Positions 33,800-44,078 of a DNA stretch of 64,000 nucleotides are shown piece after piece. Source of the stretch: Syntrophales bacterium (GTDB lineage: Bacteria > Desulfobacterota > Syntrophia > Syntrophales > UBA8958). A program made the translations under genes and the position numbers. The notes under the pieces were generated by a model. It saw only the letters and a list, made by a program, of their open reading frames with translations, had not been told where the DNA came from and did not search any database. Every line of letters starts with the position of its first letter. The first letter of the stretch is position 1. The DNA lies in NCBI GenBank assembly GCA_026417625.1, contig JAOACW010000003.1:147517-211516 (forward strand), given 5' to 3'.

Positions 33800-33913
33800 A
33801 TGAAGGTCAGGGCATCTGTGAAGAAGATATGTGATAAGTGTAAGATTATAAAAAGAAAAGGGGTATTGCGGGTCATCTGTGAAAACCCAAAGCATAAACA
33901 GCGTCAGGGATAA
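33800..33913 (+). CDS. rpmJ: 50S ribosomal protein bL36 (Zn form)
   Basis: Not in the ORF track (37 aa). Hand translation is [37 protein letters not shown]. Confidence 0.93.
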   Translation: MKVRASVKKICDKCKIIKRKGVLRVICENPKHKQRQG

Positions 33914-33946
33914 TAAGATCTTTGTTTGAACATAGGGAGGTAAAAA

Positions 33947-34312
33947 GTGGCCAGGATTGCGGGGGTTGATTTGCCCAAAAACAAGAGGATGGAAATAGCT
34001 CTTACGTATATTTATGGTATTGGACGTTCCAAAGCTCGGCAGATTCTCACTGAGGCTGGGGTGAGTTTTGATAAAAAAACGGATGATCTGACGGATGAAG
34101 AGATCTCTACCATAAGGGATATTATTGACAAGAAGCATAAAGTGGAGGGTGATCTGCGCAGAGAAGTGGCTATGTCTATAAAGAGGCTTATGGACATGGG
34201 ATGTTACCGCGGGTTGCGTCATAGAAGAGGTCTTCCCGTAAGGGGTCAGAGAACCCATACCAACGCTAGGACGAGAAAGGGACCCAGAAGGGCGATTGGT
34301 CGTAAGAAGTAG
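33947..34312 (+). CDS. rpsM: 30S ribosomal protein uS13
   Basis: GTG start after [29 protein letters not shown] signature. Confidence 0.97.
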   Translation: MARIAGVDLPKNKRMEIALTYIYGIGRSKARQILTEAGVSFDKKTDDLTDEEISTIRDIIDKKHKVEGDLRREVAMSIKRLMDMGCYRGLRHRRGLPVRGQRTHTNARTRKGPRRAIGRKK

Positions 34313-34330
34313 ATCGGTTAGGAGGAATGA

Positions 34331-34723
34331 ATGGCAAAAAGGGTTAGCAGGACGGGTAAAAAGAAGGAGAGGAAAAATGTGCCGGAGGGTATTGCCCACA
34401 TACAGTCCACGTTTAACAATACAATAGTTACAATTACCGATTTAAGTGGTAATGTTATAGCATGGTCATCTGCTGGTGTTCAGGGGTTCAAGGGTTCGAG
34501 GAAGGGAACCCCATTTGCAGCGCAGATGGCAGCAGAAGATGCAGTGAAAAAAGCAAAAGAACATGGTATGCGCAGTGTTCAGGTTTATATAAAAGGTCCT
34601 GGTGCCGGCAGGGAGTCAGCTCTGCGGGCTCTGCAGGCTGCAGGGTTAACAATCACGCTAATAAGGGATGTGACACCCATACCGCACGATGGTTGTCGTC
34701 CCCCTAAACGTAGACGGGTTTAA
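34331..34723 (+). CDS. rpsK: 30S ribosomal protein uS11
   Basis: [37 protein letters not shown] signature. Confidence 0.97.
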   Translation: MAKRVSRTGKKKERKNVPEGIAHIQSTFNNTIVTITDLSGNVIAWSSAGVQGFKGSRKGTPFAAQMAAEDAVKKAKEHGMRSVQVYIKGPGAGRESALRALQAAGLTITLIRDVTPIPHDGCRPPKRRRV

Positions 34724-34752
34724 CATATAACAAAACGTAAGGAGGCGATTTT

Positions 34753-35379
34753 TTGGCAAGTTATCGTGGTCCAGTTTGTAGGATTTGTCGTAGAGAGGGT
34801 TTAAAACTCTTCTTGAAAGGTGAGCGTTGCTATACAGACAAATGCTCATTTGAGCGACGGGATTATGTTCCCGGTGATCATGGGCACGTAAGAAGGAAAT
34901 TGTCTGATTACGGAGTCCAGCTCAGGGAAAAGCAAAAGCTGAAGAGAATTTACGGTTTGCAGGAAAGGCAATTCCGGAGATATTTTGAGGAAGCTGATCG
35001 CCAGAAAGGTATAACGGGAACGAATCTTTTACTCCTTTTGGAGCGTAGGCTCGACAACATAGTGTTTCGTTTGGGTTTTGCCACTTCCAGGAGGGAGGCA
35101 CGACAGTTGGTGAGACATAACCATTTCCTGGTCAATGGCAAGAAGGTTAATATTCCATCATACCTAATTAAGGTGGGTGATGAAATACAGGTACGTGAGC
35201 GGAGCAGGTCTATCGCCAGAATTAGTGAAGCTATGGAGGCAGTTGAACGAAGAGGTATTCCTCATTGGTTGGAGTTGGACAGAGATAATTTCCGGGGGTA
35301 TGTTAGATCGTTGCCCACTCGTGAAGATTTGACAATGCCCGTTAAGGAGCAGCTTGTCGTAGAGTTCTATTCAAAGTAA
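34753..35379 (+). CDS. rpsD: 30S ribosomal protein uS4 (Cys4 N-terminal form)
   Basis: TTG start after [34 protein letters not shown] and an S4 RNA-binding domain. Confidence 0.95.
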   Translation: MASYRGPVCRICRREGLKLFLKGERCYTDKCSFERRDYVPGDHGHVRRKLSDYGVQLREKQKLKRIYGLQERQFRRYFEEADRQKGITGTNLLLLLERRLDNIVFRLGFATSRREARQLVRHNHFLVNGKKVNIPSYLIKVGDEIQVRERSRSIARISEAMEAVERRGIPHWLELDRDNFRGYVRSLPTREDLTMPVKEQLVVEFYSK

Positions 35380-35409
35380 ATTTTTAGCAAATCAGAGGAA
35401 AATTAGAAT

Positions 35410-36423
35410 ATGCAGAGAAATTGGCGTAGTTTGATACGACCTAAACGCATAGAAATTAATGAGAGCACACGCACACGGTTTTACGGGGAATTTGTTTGTC
35501 AGCCCCTGGAGCGAGGAATGGGTATAACGCTGGGAAATGCTCTAAGAAGAATACTCCTCTCCTCCATACCTGGTGCTGCTATAGTATCAGTTCGTTTTGA
35601 TGGGGCGCTTCATGAATTTACTTATTTGCCAGGCGTTAAAGAAGACATAACCGACATAATCCTTAACCTTAAGGGTGTGCGTATAAAACTACATCAGGGT
35701 GGACCGAGGACGTTGAGGCTGGATGTGGCCCGCGAAGGAGAGGTGAAGGCGGGGGATATTATTGCTGATCCTACGGTGGAGATCTTAAATCCCGATCACC
35801 ACATTGCGACTCTTTCCGCTCATGGAGTGCTTAGGGCGGAGATGCAGGTTCGCATGGAGAGGGGATATGTGCCGGCAAAGCGGGAAAGGGACCCTGACCA
35901 GCCAGAAGGTACTATAAATATAGATGCCCTTTTTTCGCCCATCAAGAAGGTTAATTATACGGTTACATATGCCCGTGTAGGCCAGATAACTGATTACGAC
36001 CGCCTCGTCCTTGAGGTGTGGACCGATGGGAGTATTAAGCCGGAGGAGGCTGTATCGTATGCTGCGAAAATATTGAAGGATCAACTGGAGATATTTGTAA
36101 ACTTTACTCATGTTGATGTTGGGGAGGAGGCAGAAGAGGAGGTCAAACCCAAAGTGGATACAATTAGTGCGTTAAATGAGATACTGTTGAGACATGTTGA
36201 TGATCTAGAGTTATCGGTGAGGTCTGCGAATTGCCTGAAGAATGCAGGCATCAATCTCATAGGTGAGTTGGTCCAAAAAACAGAGGCGGATATGTTGAAG
36301 ACGAAGAATTTTGGGCGCAAATCTCTTAATGAAATCAAAGAGGTTCTTGCAGAACAAGGACTCAGTTTAGGTATGAAACTTGACTTCCCTCCCTGGAACA
36401 CGAAATCTCAAGGGGAAGGGTGA
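35410..36423 (+). CDS. rpoA: DNA-directed RNA polymerase subunit alpha
   Basis: [20 protein letters not shown], and the C-terminal domain [21 protein letters not shown]. Confidence 0.97.
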   Translation: MQRNWRSLIRPKRIEINESTRTRFYGEFVCQPLERGMGITLGNALRRILLSSIPGAAIVSVRFDGALHEFTYLPGVKEDITDIILNLKGVRIKLHQGGPRTLRLDVAREGEVKAGDIIADPTVEILNPDHHIATLSAHGVLRAEMQVRMERGYVPAKRERDPDQPEGTINIDALFSPIKKVNYTVTYARVGQITDYDRLVLEVWTDGSIKPEEAVSYAAKILKDQLEIFVNFTHVDVGEEAEEEVKPKVDTISALNEILLRHVDDLELSVRSANCLKNAGINLIGELVQKTEADMLKTKNFGRKSLNEIKEVLAEQGLSLGMKLDFPPWNTKSQGEG

Positions 36424-36468
36424 AAATAATGAGATCTACTTGAACGTTTTGGAAGAGAGGTATTTTTT

Positions 36469-36867
36469 ATGCGACACTTAAAGGCGACATGCAAGCTGGG
36501 GAGAACGACGAGTCATAGAATAGCGATGTTCCGTAATATGGTAACATCTCTGTTAATGACGGAACGGATAAAGACAACAGATGCGAAGGCTAAAGAATTG
36601 CGCCGGATTGCAGATCGTATGGTTACTCTAGGTAAGCGGGGAGATCTTCACGCGAGGAGGATTGCACTGTCATACGTGCGTAATAAAAGAGCTGTGAAGA
36701 AACTTTTTGAAGAACTGGCAGTGAGGTATAAGGATCGGGCTGGTGGTTATACCCGCGTTGTGAAGCTTGGATACCGTCGGGGGGACAACGCTCCAATATC
36801 AATTGTGGAATTCATTCAGGAAGGTGCCGAGAAGAAGATTAAGAAAAAGACCCCCGTGACTAAATAG
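36469..36867 (+). CDS. rplQ: 50S ribosomal protein bL17
   Basis: MRHLKA..KLGRT.SHR.AMFRNM..SL signature. Confidence 0.97.
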   Translation: MRHLKATCKLGRTTSHRIAMFRNMVTSLLMTERIKTTDAKAKELRRIADRMVTLGKRGDLHARRIALSYVRNKRAVKKLFEELAVRYKDRAGGYTRVVKLGYRRGDNAPISIVEFIQEGAEKKIKKKTPVTK

Positions 36868-36887
36868 AGAAAATTTTTTCAGAGGGA

Positions 36888-36916
36888 GGCCGACGTTTTA
36901 AGTCGGCCTTTTTTTA
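36888..36916 (+). terminator. rho-independent terminator after rplQ
   Basis: GGCCGAC (36888-36894), loop GTTTTAA, GTCGGCC (36902-36908), then a run of 8 T. Confidence 0.8.
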
Positions 36917-36985
36917 TTCTTGAGTTTTTCCGGAAAAGAGAGTAAATTCGCGTTGAAAGTGTAACTCCAATGAGGAGGTTGGATT

Positions 36986-37246
36986 ATGGCTGAACAGAAG
37001 GTAGGTGAGGTTGTAAAGTTTTTTGCAAAACCAAGTGTTGCAGCTGTCAAGATCACAGAGGGTGAACTAAGTCTCGGGGATACAATAAAAATAACAGGAC
37101 ATACAACGGATTTCACACTGAAGATCGAGTCGATGGAAATAAACAACGCTAAAGTGGAAAAGGCAGTAGTGGGAGATTATGTGGGAATAAAGGTGTCAGA
37201 TCGAGTCCGTCCCGGGGATGAAGTATTCAAAGTAATTCCGGATTAA
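36986..37246 (+). CDS. small EF-Tu domain-2-like beta-barrel protein (translation elongation factor-like)
   Basis: 86 aa. The G.V..F......AAV.I.EG.L..GD.I.I.G pattern resembles the translation-factor domain II barrel. GAGGAGG RBS upstream. Confidence 0.5.
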   Translation: MAEQKVGEVVKFFAKPSVAAVKITEGELSLGDTIKITGHTTDFTLKIESMEINNAKVEKAVVGDYVGIKVSDRVRPGDEVFKVIPD

Positions 37247-37272
37247 TCTGTAAGAGTTGATGGTTGATTTTG

Positions 37273-37310
37273 GCCATGGATCCAGCAGTGATAGGGCCCA
37301 TGGCTTTTTT
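37273..37310 (+). terminator. rho-independent terminator after the small barrel-protein gene
   Basis: GCCATGG (37273-37279) pairs with CCATGGC (37298-37304), followed by TTTTTT (37305-37310). It lies inside the N-terminal extension of the listed folC ORF. Confidence 0.6.
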
Positions 37311-37322
37311 GTGTTAAGAGAA

Positions 37323-38588
37323 ATGGATTACAGGGGAGCGCTTGCTTATCTGGATCGTCTTGAGAGGAAAGGTATTCATCTAGGTCTCTCCGAGTTGATG
37401 CAAGTATTGGCAAGGCTGGGAAATCCTCAGGAGGGTTTTCCCTCCGTTTTAATTGGTGGTACAAATGGCAAGGGGTCCATCGCCTCGCTAATGACTTCAG
37501 TTTTACGGCAGGAAGGATATCAAGTGGGGTTGTATACATCCCCTCATCTGGAAGATATTCGGGAACGTATAAAGATCAACGGTGAGGATATCTCTCAGGA
37601 TGATTTTACGGCATGCGTTGAGCTTGTTTGTGACGCTGACTCAGAGAGAAGTCTGAGTTACTTTGAATTTCTCACCGCCTGTGCTTTTGTTCATTTTTTC
37701 CATGAAAAGGTGGACATTGCCGTCGTTGAGGTAGGAATGGGAGGGCGTTTTGATGCCACCAATGTGTTGAATCCATTGGTCTCAGTTATATCGAATGTAT
37801 TTTCTGAACACCGTGAATTTCTAGGTCGAACCATTGCTCAGATAGCGAGAGAGAAGGCGGGTATAATCAAACAAGGGGGTGTTTGTGTAACATCTACTAA
37901 TCAGAGACAGGTGGTGGAAATTTTCGAAAGGATTTGCAGAGAAAAGGATTCATCTTTTTTTCGTGTGGGTCGTGACTTTAAGTATCGGTGCTTTAAAGAT
38001 GGTTCATTTCATTATTGGGGTTTACATAGAAGCTTCAAAAATTTGTACTGTTCCCTAACTGGGGATCATCAGGTGAGAAATGCCGTTACCGCTTTAGGAG
38101 CCTTGGAGATTCTTGCTGAGCGTGAGGGGTTTGTGCTTAGCGAACGGGGAATACGGGAAGGTTTGATTGGGACTTTTTGGCCGGGCAGACTGGAATCATT
38201 CCAGACTGATCTATCCTTCATTCTCGATGGAGCACATAATCCTGCAGGTATCCGTGCACTCTGTCGTTATTTAAAAAAAGCTTATCCGGAAAAGAATATA
38301 GTCATGGTGTTTGGAGTGCTTTCCGATAAAGACTACAAGGCAATGCTTAGGTCTATTAGGACTGTGACAAAAAGTATAGTGCTTACGAAACCGGAAGTTG
38401 AAAGGGCCCGGGATCCTGAGGAGATGGTATCGACGGCTCGTTTGCTTTTTCCCATGGTTCAATTAACACGCACCCCTGAGGAGGCCCTCAATGTCGTGAG
38501 AGAAGTTGCTGCGCCTGAAGACATAGTTGTCGTAACTGGGTCTCTTTATCTTGTAGGAAAGATGCGTGGCATACTTAGAGAAACATGA
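37323..38588 (+). CDS. folC: folylpolyglutamate synthase / dihydrofolate synthase
   Basis: IGGTNGKGS P-loop and Mur-ligase family layout. Start at ATG 37323 (MDYRGALAYL) is downstream of the terminator. The listed start is 37257. Confidence 0.85.
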   Translation: MDYRGALAYLDRLERKGIHLGLSELMQVLARLGNPQEGFPSVLIGGTNGKGSIASLMTSVLRQEGYQVGLYTSPHLEDIRERIKINGEDISQDDFTACVELVCDADSERSLSYFEFLTACAFVHFFHEKVDIAVVEVGMGGRFDATNVLNPLVSVISNVFSEHREFLGRTIAQIAREKAGIIKQGGVCVTSTNQRQVVEIFERICREKDSSFFRVGRDFKYRCFKDGSFHYWGLHRSFKNLYCSLTGDHQVRNAVTALGALEILAEREGFVLSERGIREGLIGTFWPGRLESFQTDLSFILDGAHNPAGIRALCRYLKKAYPEKNIVMVFGVLSDKDYKAMLRSIRTVTKSIVLTKPEVERARDPEEMVSTARLLFPMVQLTRTPEEALNVVREVAAPEDIVVVTGSLYLVGKMRGILRET

Positions 38589-40987
38589 AGAGATATTTTT
38601 TGCAAATGTTCTTCTTAGTTTTTCTGTTTTTTCCCGGAAATATCCTCTCCGCTGAGAAGGGTGAAGTAAGGGGTCGTGTTGTTGATCCTTCAGGTAAAGG
38701 ACTCGCTGGTGTGGAGTTGTTACTTGTTGAGGATCAACCTCTCACAAGCGAGACAGATTCAGAGGGGTTTTTCACCATTCATGTATTTCGGGAAGGCACG
38801 TTTAATCTGCTGATTAATAAAGTAGGATACTTTCCTCTTTTTAGGGAAGTTCGTCCTACACCCGAAGGAGAGTTACCTCTTTATGTGCTTTCTCCCCTTC
38901 CCATGGAACCTGTTGAGGTAGGAAAAGGGGATAGAGTACCGGTTATGGTTGAGGCTCTTGTTCTTATGTCCGAGCAGGATTCAGATACATATTATGGAGA
39001 GGGGCAGGTTAAGGTCATCTATGAGGATGCTGTGTTAACAGCGGATAAGGCAAAGCTTAATTTACAAACAAACAGAGGGGAAGCATCGGGAAATGTTGTT
39101 TTTAAAAGTGGTGGTGATTTCCTCGAGGGTGAAAGTCTTGTGTGGAATATCAAAGAGAAAACAGGGGTGGTGGAAAATGGAAAGGTGTTTGTGTTGCGTA
39201 CCCATGTCTATGTTCGGGGAGATAGGATTGAAAAACTCTCAGGGGATACGTATCATGTGATTAATCCTAAACTGACTACTTGCGACGGGGAAAAACCTGA
39301 TTGGAAGGTGAAAGGTGATGAATTGAAGGTAACCCTTGAGGGATACGGTATATTGAAGAAAGGGGTTTTCTGTGCGGCGGATATTCCCATTTTGTACAGT
39401 CCATATTTAGTGTTCCCGGTTAAAACTAAAAGACAGTCAGGGTTTCTCTTACCGCGTTTTTCTTACTCCCGTGATAAACTGGGGTTTGACGTTACTGTCC
39501 CATATTTTTTCGCAATATCGGAGGATAAAGATGCTACACTCTATCCCCGGTATATGAGTCAACGGGGATTTCAAACCGGGCTTGAGTTCAGATATGCCCC
39601 TTCCGAAACAGTTAAAGGGGTGATCTATGGAGATTTTTTGAACGATAGAAAGAAGGTGAAGGAGGAGGTAGGAGATATTTCAAGGAATTGGCAAGATCCT
39701 CATAGGCGTTGGTCCTTTTATTTTCATCACGAGCAGCAGTTTGACCCTTCCCTCGGGTTGAGAGTAGATGTCGTGCGAGTTTCCGACCCGTTCTATTTCC
39801 GTGATTTCTCGTCGTACAACTACTTTTTGGAGAATTACTCGAAAGATAAACAGCAACCCTTCAAAAACATATCCTTTCTAGCTGACGAGACTTTGCGGTT
39901 AATCGATTCTACAGTGCGACTTGTTAAGGTAAATCCGTTTGTAAATTCAACGATATTGATTAAACGAACGGAAAATCTCATGGCGAATTCCAATGAGAAT
40001 ACTTTACAACGCTATCCTGAGGTAAAGATAACAGCGTCGAAAACCCCTCTTTTTTCTTCGTTTTTATTCGGTGAGGGCACAGTAACGTATGATTATTTTT
40101 ACAGACAAAAGGGGCAGAAGGGACACTATCTGGATGTCAATCCTACGATTTCTCTACCTTTTGATGTGGGAGATATTGGCAGTGCAATAGCGTATGCGGG
40201 TTTCAGAGCTTCGTTATGGAGTAGGGATGACTCGGATAAGTCGGAAAATTCAAGGAGTGGTGAGAGGGAGGTGTATTCCACTGGTATTTCTATTTACAGA
40301 GACATGTGCAGGGTATTCGATATTGATGGCAAGGAGATTAAGAAACTTTTTCATGTTATAAGACCAGAGTTGACCTATGAGTACACCCAGCATTTTCATC
40401 AACGCACTTCTCTTCCCGATTATGTTGAGCGTGTTCAGAATACGAACTTAATAAAATACGGGATATCAAACACATTGAATGCAAAGATAATCGATGGAAA
40501 AGATCGGTTCCGATATGATGAGATTTTTCGACTGAAAATAACGCAGACGTACGATGTTAAAGAGGCGCAACGGGATAACGGAGAAGAGAAGCCTAAACGG
40601 CCTTTTGGAGAGATAGTAATGGAAATGGATGCCCATCCTTTTAAATACGTTTCTTTCTCTGCAAGGAACAATTTTAATGTTTATGAAAAAAACTTATCTC
40701 AAGCGAATTACGATGCTTCGGTTCAGGATAACAGAGGAGATCTTGTAAAAATCTCCTACCGGTACACGAAAGACAAGGTTGAGCAAACCAACCTTTCTGT
40801 TAAGGCGGTTATGACAAAAGAACTTAACTTCAACTTCTCCGCAAGATGGGACCATCTAAACGACCGCTCTGTGGAGAAGATTTACGGGATTATGTATTCC
40901 AGGCAGTGTTGGTCATTGGGTATAGATGTGGCGGATCGCCACAACGATAGGGCCTTTTCTCTGAAATTTTCAATCTTTGGACTGTAA
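38585..40987 (+). CDS. lptD: LPS-assembly protein LptD with N-terminal carboxypeptidase-regulatory-like domain
   Basis: Signal peptide. Residues about 25-105 read G.V.GRVVDPSGKGLAGVEL....TDS.G.F.......G.F.L...K.GY (CarboxypepD_reg-like). An OstA-like region follows (VIYEDAVLTADKAKLN...G.ASGNVVF), then a large LptD C-terminal barrel. ATGA overlap with folC. Confidence 0.75.
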   Translation: MKRYFLQMFFLVFLFFPGNILSAEKGEVRGRVVDPSGKGLAGVELLLVEDQPLTSETDSEGFFTIHVFREGTFNLLINKVGYFPLFREVRPTPEGELPLYVLSPLPMEPVEVGKGDRVPVMVEALVLMSEQDSDTYYGEGQVKVIYEDAVLTADKAKLNLQTNRGEASGNVVFKSGGDFLEGESLVWNIKEKTGVVENGKVFVLRTHVYVRGDRIEKLSGDTYHVINPKLTTCDGEKPDWKVKGDELKVTLEGYGILKKGVFCAADIPILYSPYLVFPVKTKRQSGFLLPRFSYSRDKLGFDVTVPYFFAISEDKDATLYPRYMSQRGFQTGLEFRYAPSETVKGVIYGDFLNDRKKVKEEVGDISRNWQDPHRRWSFYFHHEQQFDPSLGLRVDVVRVSDPFYFRDFSSYNYFLENYSKDKQQPFKNISFLADETLRLIDSTVRLVKVNPFVNSTILIKRTENLMANSNENTLQRYPEVKITASKTPLFSSFLFGEGTVTYDYFYRQKGQKGHYLDVNPTISLPFDVGDIGSAIAYAGFRASLWSRDDSDKSENSRSGEREVYSTGISIYRDMCRVFDIDGKEIKKLFHVIRPELTYEYTQHFHQRTSLPDYVERVQNTNLIKYGISNTLNAKIIDGKDRFRYDEIFRLKITQTYDVKEAQRDNGEEKPKRPFGEIVMEMDAHPFKYVSFSARNNFNVYEKNLSQANYDASVQDNRGDLVKISYRYTKDKVEQTNLSVKAVMTKELNFNFSARWDHLNDRSVEKIYGIMYSRQCWSLGIDVADRHNDRAFSLKFSIFGL

Positions 40988-41018
40988 TGGGTACAGGGTT
41001 TGATGCCTAAATGATTCT

Positions 41019-41615
41019 TTATTTCTGTTCTATTGAGAAGTTGAACTTCGTAAGTTCTCTAGTAATTTCAATTGCTTTGGCAGTATTCATCGCTGAAATA
41101 ACGGCGCCTGCTTTGTCTCTCTTCATGTTCATTGCAATACCTGCCGCTGTTTTAGTGTCGAGTTTTTCTAGAATTGCGGCGGCTTTTACTGGTGATGCTG
41201 ATTCGTATATTTTGGCAAGTTGCTTGTACCGTTTAGTTTCCTCTTCTTTTTCAACCTCTAATTTTTGTTCAATGCGTTTTTCTAAATTCATAAGCTGGTC
41301 AATTTTCCCCTCAATTTCCCTTTTTAAGGCCAAAAGTGCTTGTTCTTGAGCTCTAAGGTTAGCTTCCCTATCTTCAACCTCTTTTAATTTCTTCTCAAGA
41401 ACGTTGTAAAGTTCCCGTTCCTTCGTGATATTGATGTCTAGCAGGTCTTTAGGTTGTTCCGCAGAGAAACCTTTATGCTCCGTAGATTTCAAGCCCTTGG
41501 ACTCGTTCATTGAAGAGAGTGTTTTGCCAAATAGATGTCCCCCGATGGCTACTTTGAGGATTAAAAGGGTGATTAAAGCTATCTGAATGATTAAAAGACG
41601 CTTATTCATGCTCAT
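41019..41615 (-). CDS. MotE-family / MgtE_N-domain flagellar protein
   Basis: N-terminal TM helix, coiled coil, and a C-terminal KQLAKIYESASPVKAAAILEKLD...AAGIAMNMK..KAGAVISAM region typical of MgtE_N/MotE. Last gene of the flagellar operon. Confidence 0.55.
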   Translation of the reverse strand: MSMNKRLLIIQIALITLLILKVAIGGHLFGKTLSSMNESKGLKSTEHKGFSAEQPKDLLDINITKERELYNVLEKKLKEVEDREANLRAQEQALLALKREIEGKIDQLMNLEKRIEQKLEVEKEEETKRYKQLAKIYESASPVKAAAILEKLDTKTAAGIAMNMKRDKAGAVISAMNTAKAIEITRELTKFNFSIEQK

Positions 41616-42045
41616 TTTTTGTAAATCTTAGAATAGCTGATTCGTCAAAGAAGTTTTTTTCTTTTGTCTCATGGTGTTGTTTGAATTCCTTAAAATGTTT
41701 TTCTTTAAGTTTCTCCAGCATCTTTCGTTCTTTCATTACAGAAAGTAGATCCTTGCGTTTTTTTTCAGCGAGTGCTTTCATCTCCTCAATTTGTCTTTCT
41801 TTCTCTCTTATCTCTCTGCTTAATTGTCTTATAAATTTGTAACTGATAGCAATTTCGTCCGTTGTAATCGGACAACTCTGGAGTTTGCGTAGTTTGTCAA
41901 TCATCCCCTTTTTCTCCTCTTTCATCTCATTCAGGGTATACTGTGCTTTCTGTATTTCCTGGAGGTAGCTGTGGTACTCCATAAGAACCTTTTCTTCTTT
42001 CGCTTTTTTCGCGTTTAGAACTGACTGCAATTTAAATACAAACAT
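41602..42045 (-). CDS. fliJ: flagellar export chaperone FliJ
   Basis: 147-aa coiled-coil protein starting F.F.LQSVLN. Directly downstream of fliI. Confidence 0.75.
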   Translation of the reverse strand: MFVFKLQSVLNAKKAKEEKVLMEYHSYLQEIQKAQYTLNEMKEEKKGMIDKLRKLQSCPITTDEIAISYKFIRQLSREIREKERQIEEMKALAEKKRKDLLSVMKERKMLEKLKEKHFKEFKQHHETKEKNFFDESAILRFTKNEHE

Positions 42046-42050
42046 TGAAA

Positions 42051-43364
42051 CTATTCTTCAAAAATTTCGAAAAGATTTTTCTTTGTTGTTTCAAAATCAA
42101 TTTTTTCATCGATGTCCTGTCTGAGGAAGTCGTTAACCTTATCTATCATTGCGATTGCGTAGTCTATTTCGGGATTTGAACCTTTTACGTAAGCTCCAAT
42201 GTTTATAAGGTCCTCTGCTTTTCTGTAAGTGGCAAGGATATTTTGAAGTTTCGTCGCTTTTTTCATGTGTTCTTCATCCACTATGTCTATCATTACTCGA
42301 CTTACACTCTGGAGGACATCAATAGCGGGATAGTGCCCTCTGTTAGCCAGTTCTCTGCTCAGGACAACATGTCCGTCTAGAATTGATCTGGTAGCATCGG
42401 ATATGGGTTCGTTGAAGTCATCTCCCTCAACGAGGATAGTGTAAAGACCTGTAATGCTGCCTTTGCCCTCAATCCTCCCTGTTCTCTCCAGAAGCTTTGG
42501 AAGTAGACTGAAGACCGAGGGTGTATATCCCTTTGTAGTGGGTGGTTCACCCACGGAAAGACCTACCTCCCTTTGGGCCATAGCGAATCGGGTTAGGGAG
42601 TCTACCATTAGAAGAACATCTTTCCCCAAATCTCGGAAGTATTCAGAGATGGTCGTTGCCACGTATGCAGCCCTCATTCTTATCAGTGGGTGACGATCCG
42701 AAGTTGCAACAACTACAATAGATCGTTTGAGACCTTCCTTACCAAGATTTTTCTCGAGGAATTCTCTGACCTCTCTACCCCGCTCTCCGATTAGTCCGAT
42801 TACGTTTACATCCGCCTGCGAATTTCTAGCCATCATTCCCAAAAGGACGCTTTTCCCTACGCCGGTTCCTGCGAAGATTCCCATACGTTGTCCTTTTCCA
42901 CATGTAAGCACTCCATTTATAGAACGTATACCCAGGTCAATTGGCTCGGTTATCCTGGCCCTTTTCAGAGGGTTTATAGGGTCAGCGTATATTGGGTATT
43001 CTTTCTCAGCGGATATTGTTCCTTTTTCATCAAGTGGGTGCCCAAGACCATCTATAATTCTCCCCAATAGTTGGGGTCCTACGCCGATACTGGCTTTTTT
43101 TCCTAGAGAGACAATGCGGCACCCCGGACCGAGCCCCTGAATGGAGTCCAGAGGCATGAGTAAAACTCTGCCGTTTTTGAATCCTACCACCTCTGCCATG
43201 ATCGGATTTACGCTATCCGTCGGGTAAATAGCGCATAATTCTCCCAGTGATGCCACCGGTCCATGTCCTTCCACGACAAGTCCGACTATTTCACTTATTT
43301 TACCGTAGACCTGAATGAACCTCTTTTCTCTGATTAACGTGGAGTACTTTGCTAAATCGATCAT
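42051..43364 (-). CDS. fliI: flagellum-specific ATPase FliI
   Basis: Walker A GTGVGKSVLLGMM, Walker B VLLMVDSLTR. F1/T3SS-ATPase family, 437 aa. Confidence 0.95.
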   Translation of the reverse strand: MIDLAKYSTLIREKRFIQVYGKISEIVGLVVEGHGPVASLGELCAIYPTDSVNPIMAEVVGFKNGRVLLMPLDSIQGLGPGCRIVSLGKKASIGVGPQLLGRIIDGLGHPLDEKGTISAEKEYPIYADPINPLKRARITEPIDLGIRSINGVLTCGKGQRMGIFAGTGVGKSVLLGMMARNSQADVNVIGLIGERGREVREFLEKNLGKEGLKRSIVVVATSDRHPLIRMRAAYVATTISEYFRDLGKDVLLMVDSLTRFAMAQREVGLSVGEPPTTKGYTPSVFSLLPKLLERTGRIEGKGSITGLYTILVEGDDFNEPISDATRSILDGHVVLSRELANRGHYPAIDVLQSVSRVMIDIVDEEHMKKATKLQNILATYRKAEDLINIGAYVKGSNPEIDYAIAMIDKVNDFLRQDIDEKIDFETTKKNLFEIFEE

Positions 43365-43382
43365 AATTTCTTACTATTTCAA

Positions 43383-44078
43383 TTACTCTTTTAGGCTTTG
43401 TAGCGTGTTTTTCATGGCTTGTAACTGCTGTTCAATTCTGGCATCTATTTCCCCGGATTTTGTCACTATGAGTGCGCCTCCGCGGCCAACGGAGATGTCT
43501 TCCTTAAATACGGGGTTTCTAAGGCCATCGAACTGGCTGAAGAATTCGTTCTTTATTTCCATAAGGAAACGATAATCTTCTGGGTGCAGATGTATGATTA
43601 GATTATCCCGTTCAAGTGTCGTATTTATAGCTGCCTTCAGCGTGTGGCAAATTGTCTCTCTTTGCGTTTCGATTTCGTGATGGATGATCTTTTCCGCCAT
43701 TGTGAGGGATAGATCCACGATGTCTGCTTCTGTTTGTTTGATTAGGTTATGTCTCAACATCGAAAGTTCTTTTACAATGGATGCCAGCTCGTCGATTTTT
43801 CTTTTCAGCTGTTGCTGGTATCTTTCTTCCGTTTCCCTTTTGCCTTTTTCGTAGCCCAGTTCAAAGGCTCTTCTTTCTCTGAGGGGTATCTCTTCCTCGT
43901 AAATCTTGTTTATCCTCTCCTCCCATTCTTTTTGGAGAGTGCTCTTTTTCCTTGACCCATGAGGAGTTTCATCAGTACAAGTTTCCCCATCCTTTGATTG
44001 CAGATCTATAATTTTAACTGTATGGCTTTTAATGATTCTCGTTTTATACAAACTCATCCTCTCCCGCACCCCGGGCAA
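43383..44078 (-). CDS. fliH: flagellar assembly protein FliH
   Basis: Charged coiled-coil N-terminus and a FliH/YscL-type C-terminus (GGALIVTKSGEIDARIE.Q). Sits between fliG and fliI. Start uncertain (44078 or 44057). Confidence 0.75.
   Translation of the reverse strand: MPGVRERMSLYKTRIIKSHTVKIIDLQSKDGETCTDETPHGSRKKSTLQKEWEERINKIYEEEIPLRERRAFELGYEKGKRETEERYQQQLKRKIDELASIVKELSMLRHNLIKQTEADIVDLSLTMAEKIIHHEIETQRETICHTLKAAINTTLERDNLIIHLHPEDYRFLMEIKNEFFSQFDGLRNPVFKEDISVGRGGALIVTKSGEIDARIEQQLQAMKNTLQSLKE

Noticed and set aside
33611-34399. 262-aa ORF on the minus strand across infA-rpmJ-rpsM-rpsK
   Set aside because: It is entirely antisense to highly conserved, confidently identified translation genes. 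Its composition is low-complexity with no recognisable motifs. This is a typical shadow ORF.
34462-34707. 81-aa alternative-frame ORF inside rpsK, with similar ones inside rplO (31048-31245) and cheB (62142-62360)
   Set aside because: These are same-strand out-of-frame ORFs within well-supported genes. There is no independent signal.
41011-41349. 112-aa plus-strand ORF after lptD
   Set aside because: It is antisense to the motE-like gene, which fits the flagellar operon and has recognisable MgtE_N-type sequence.
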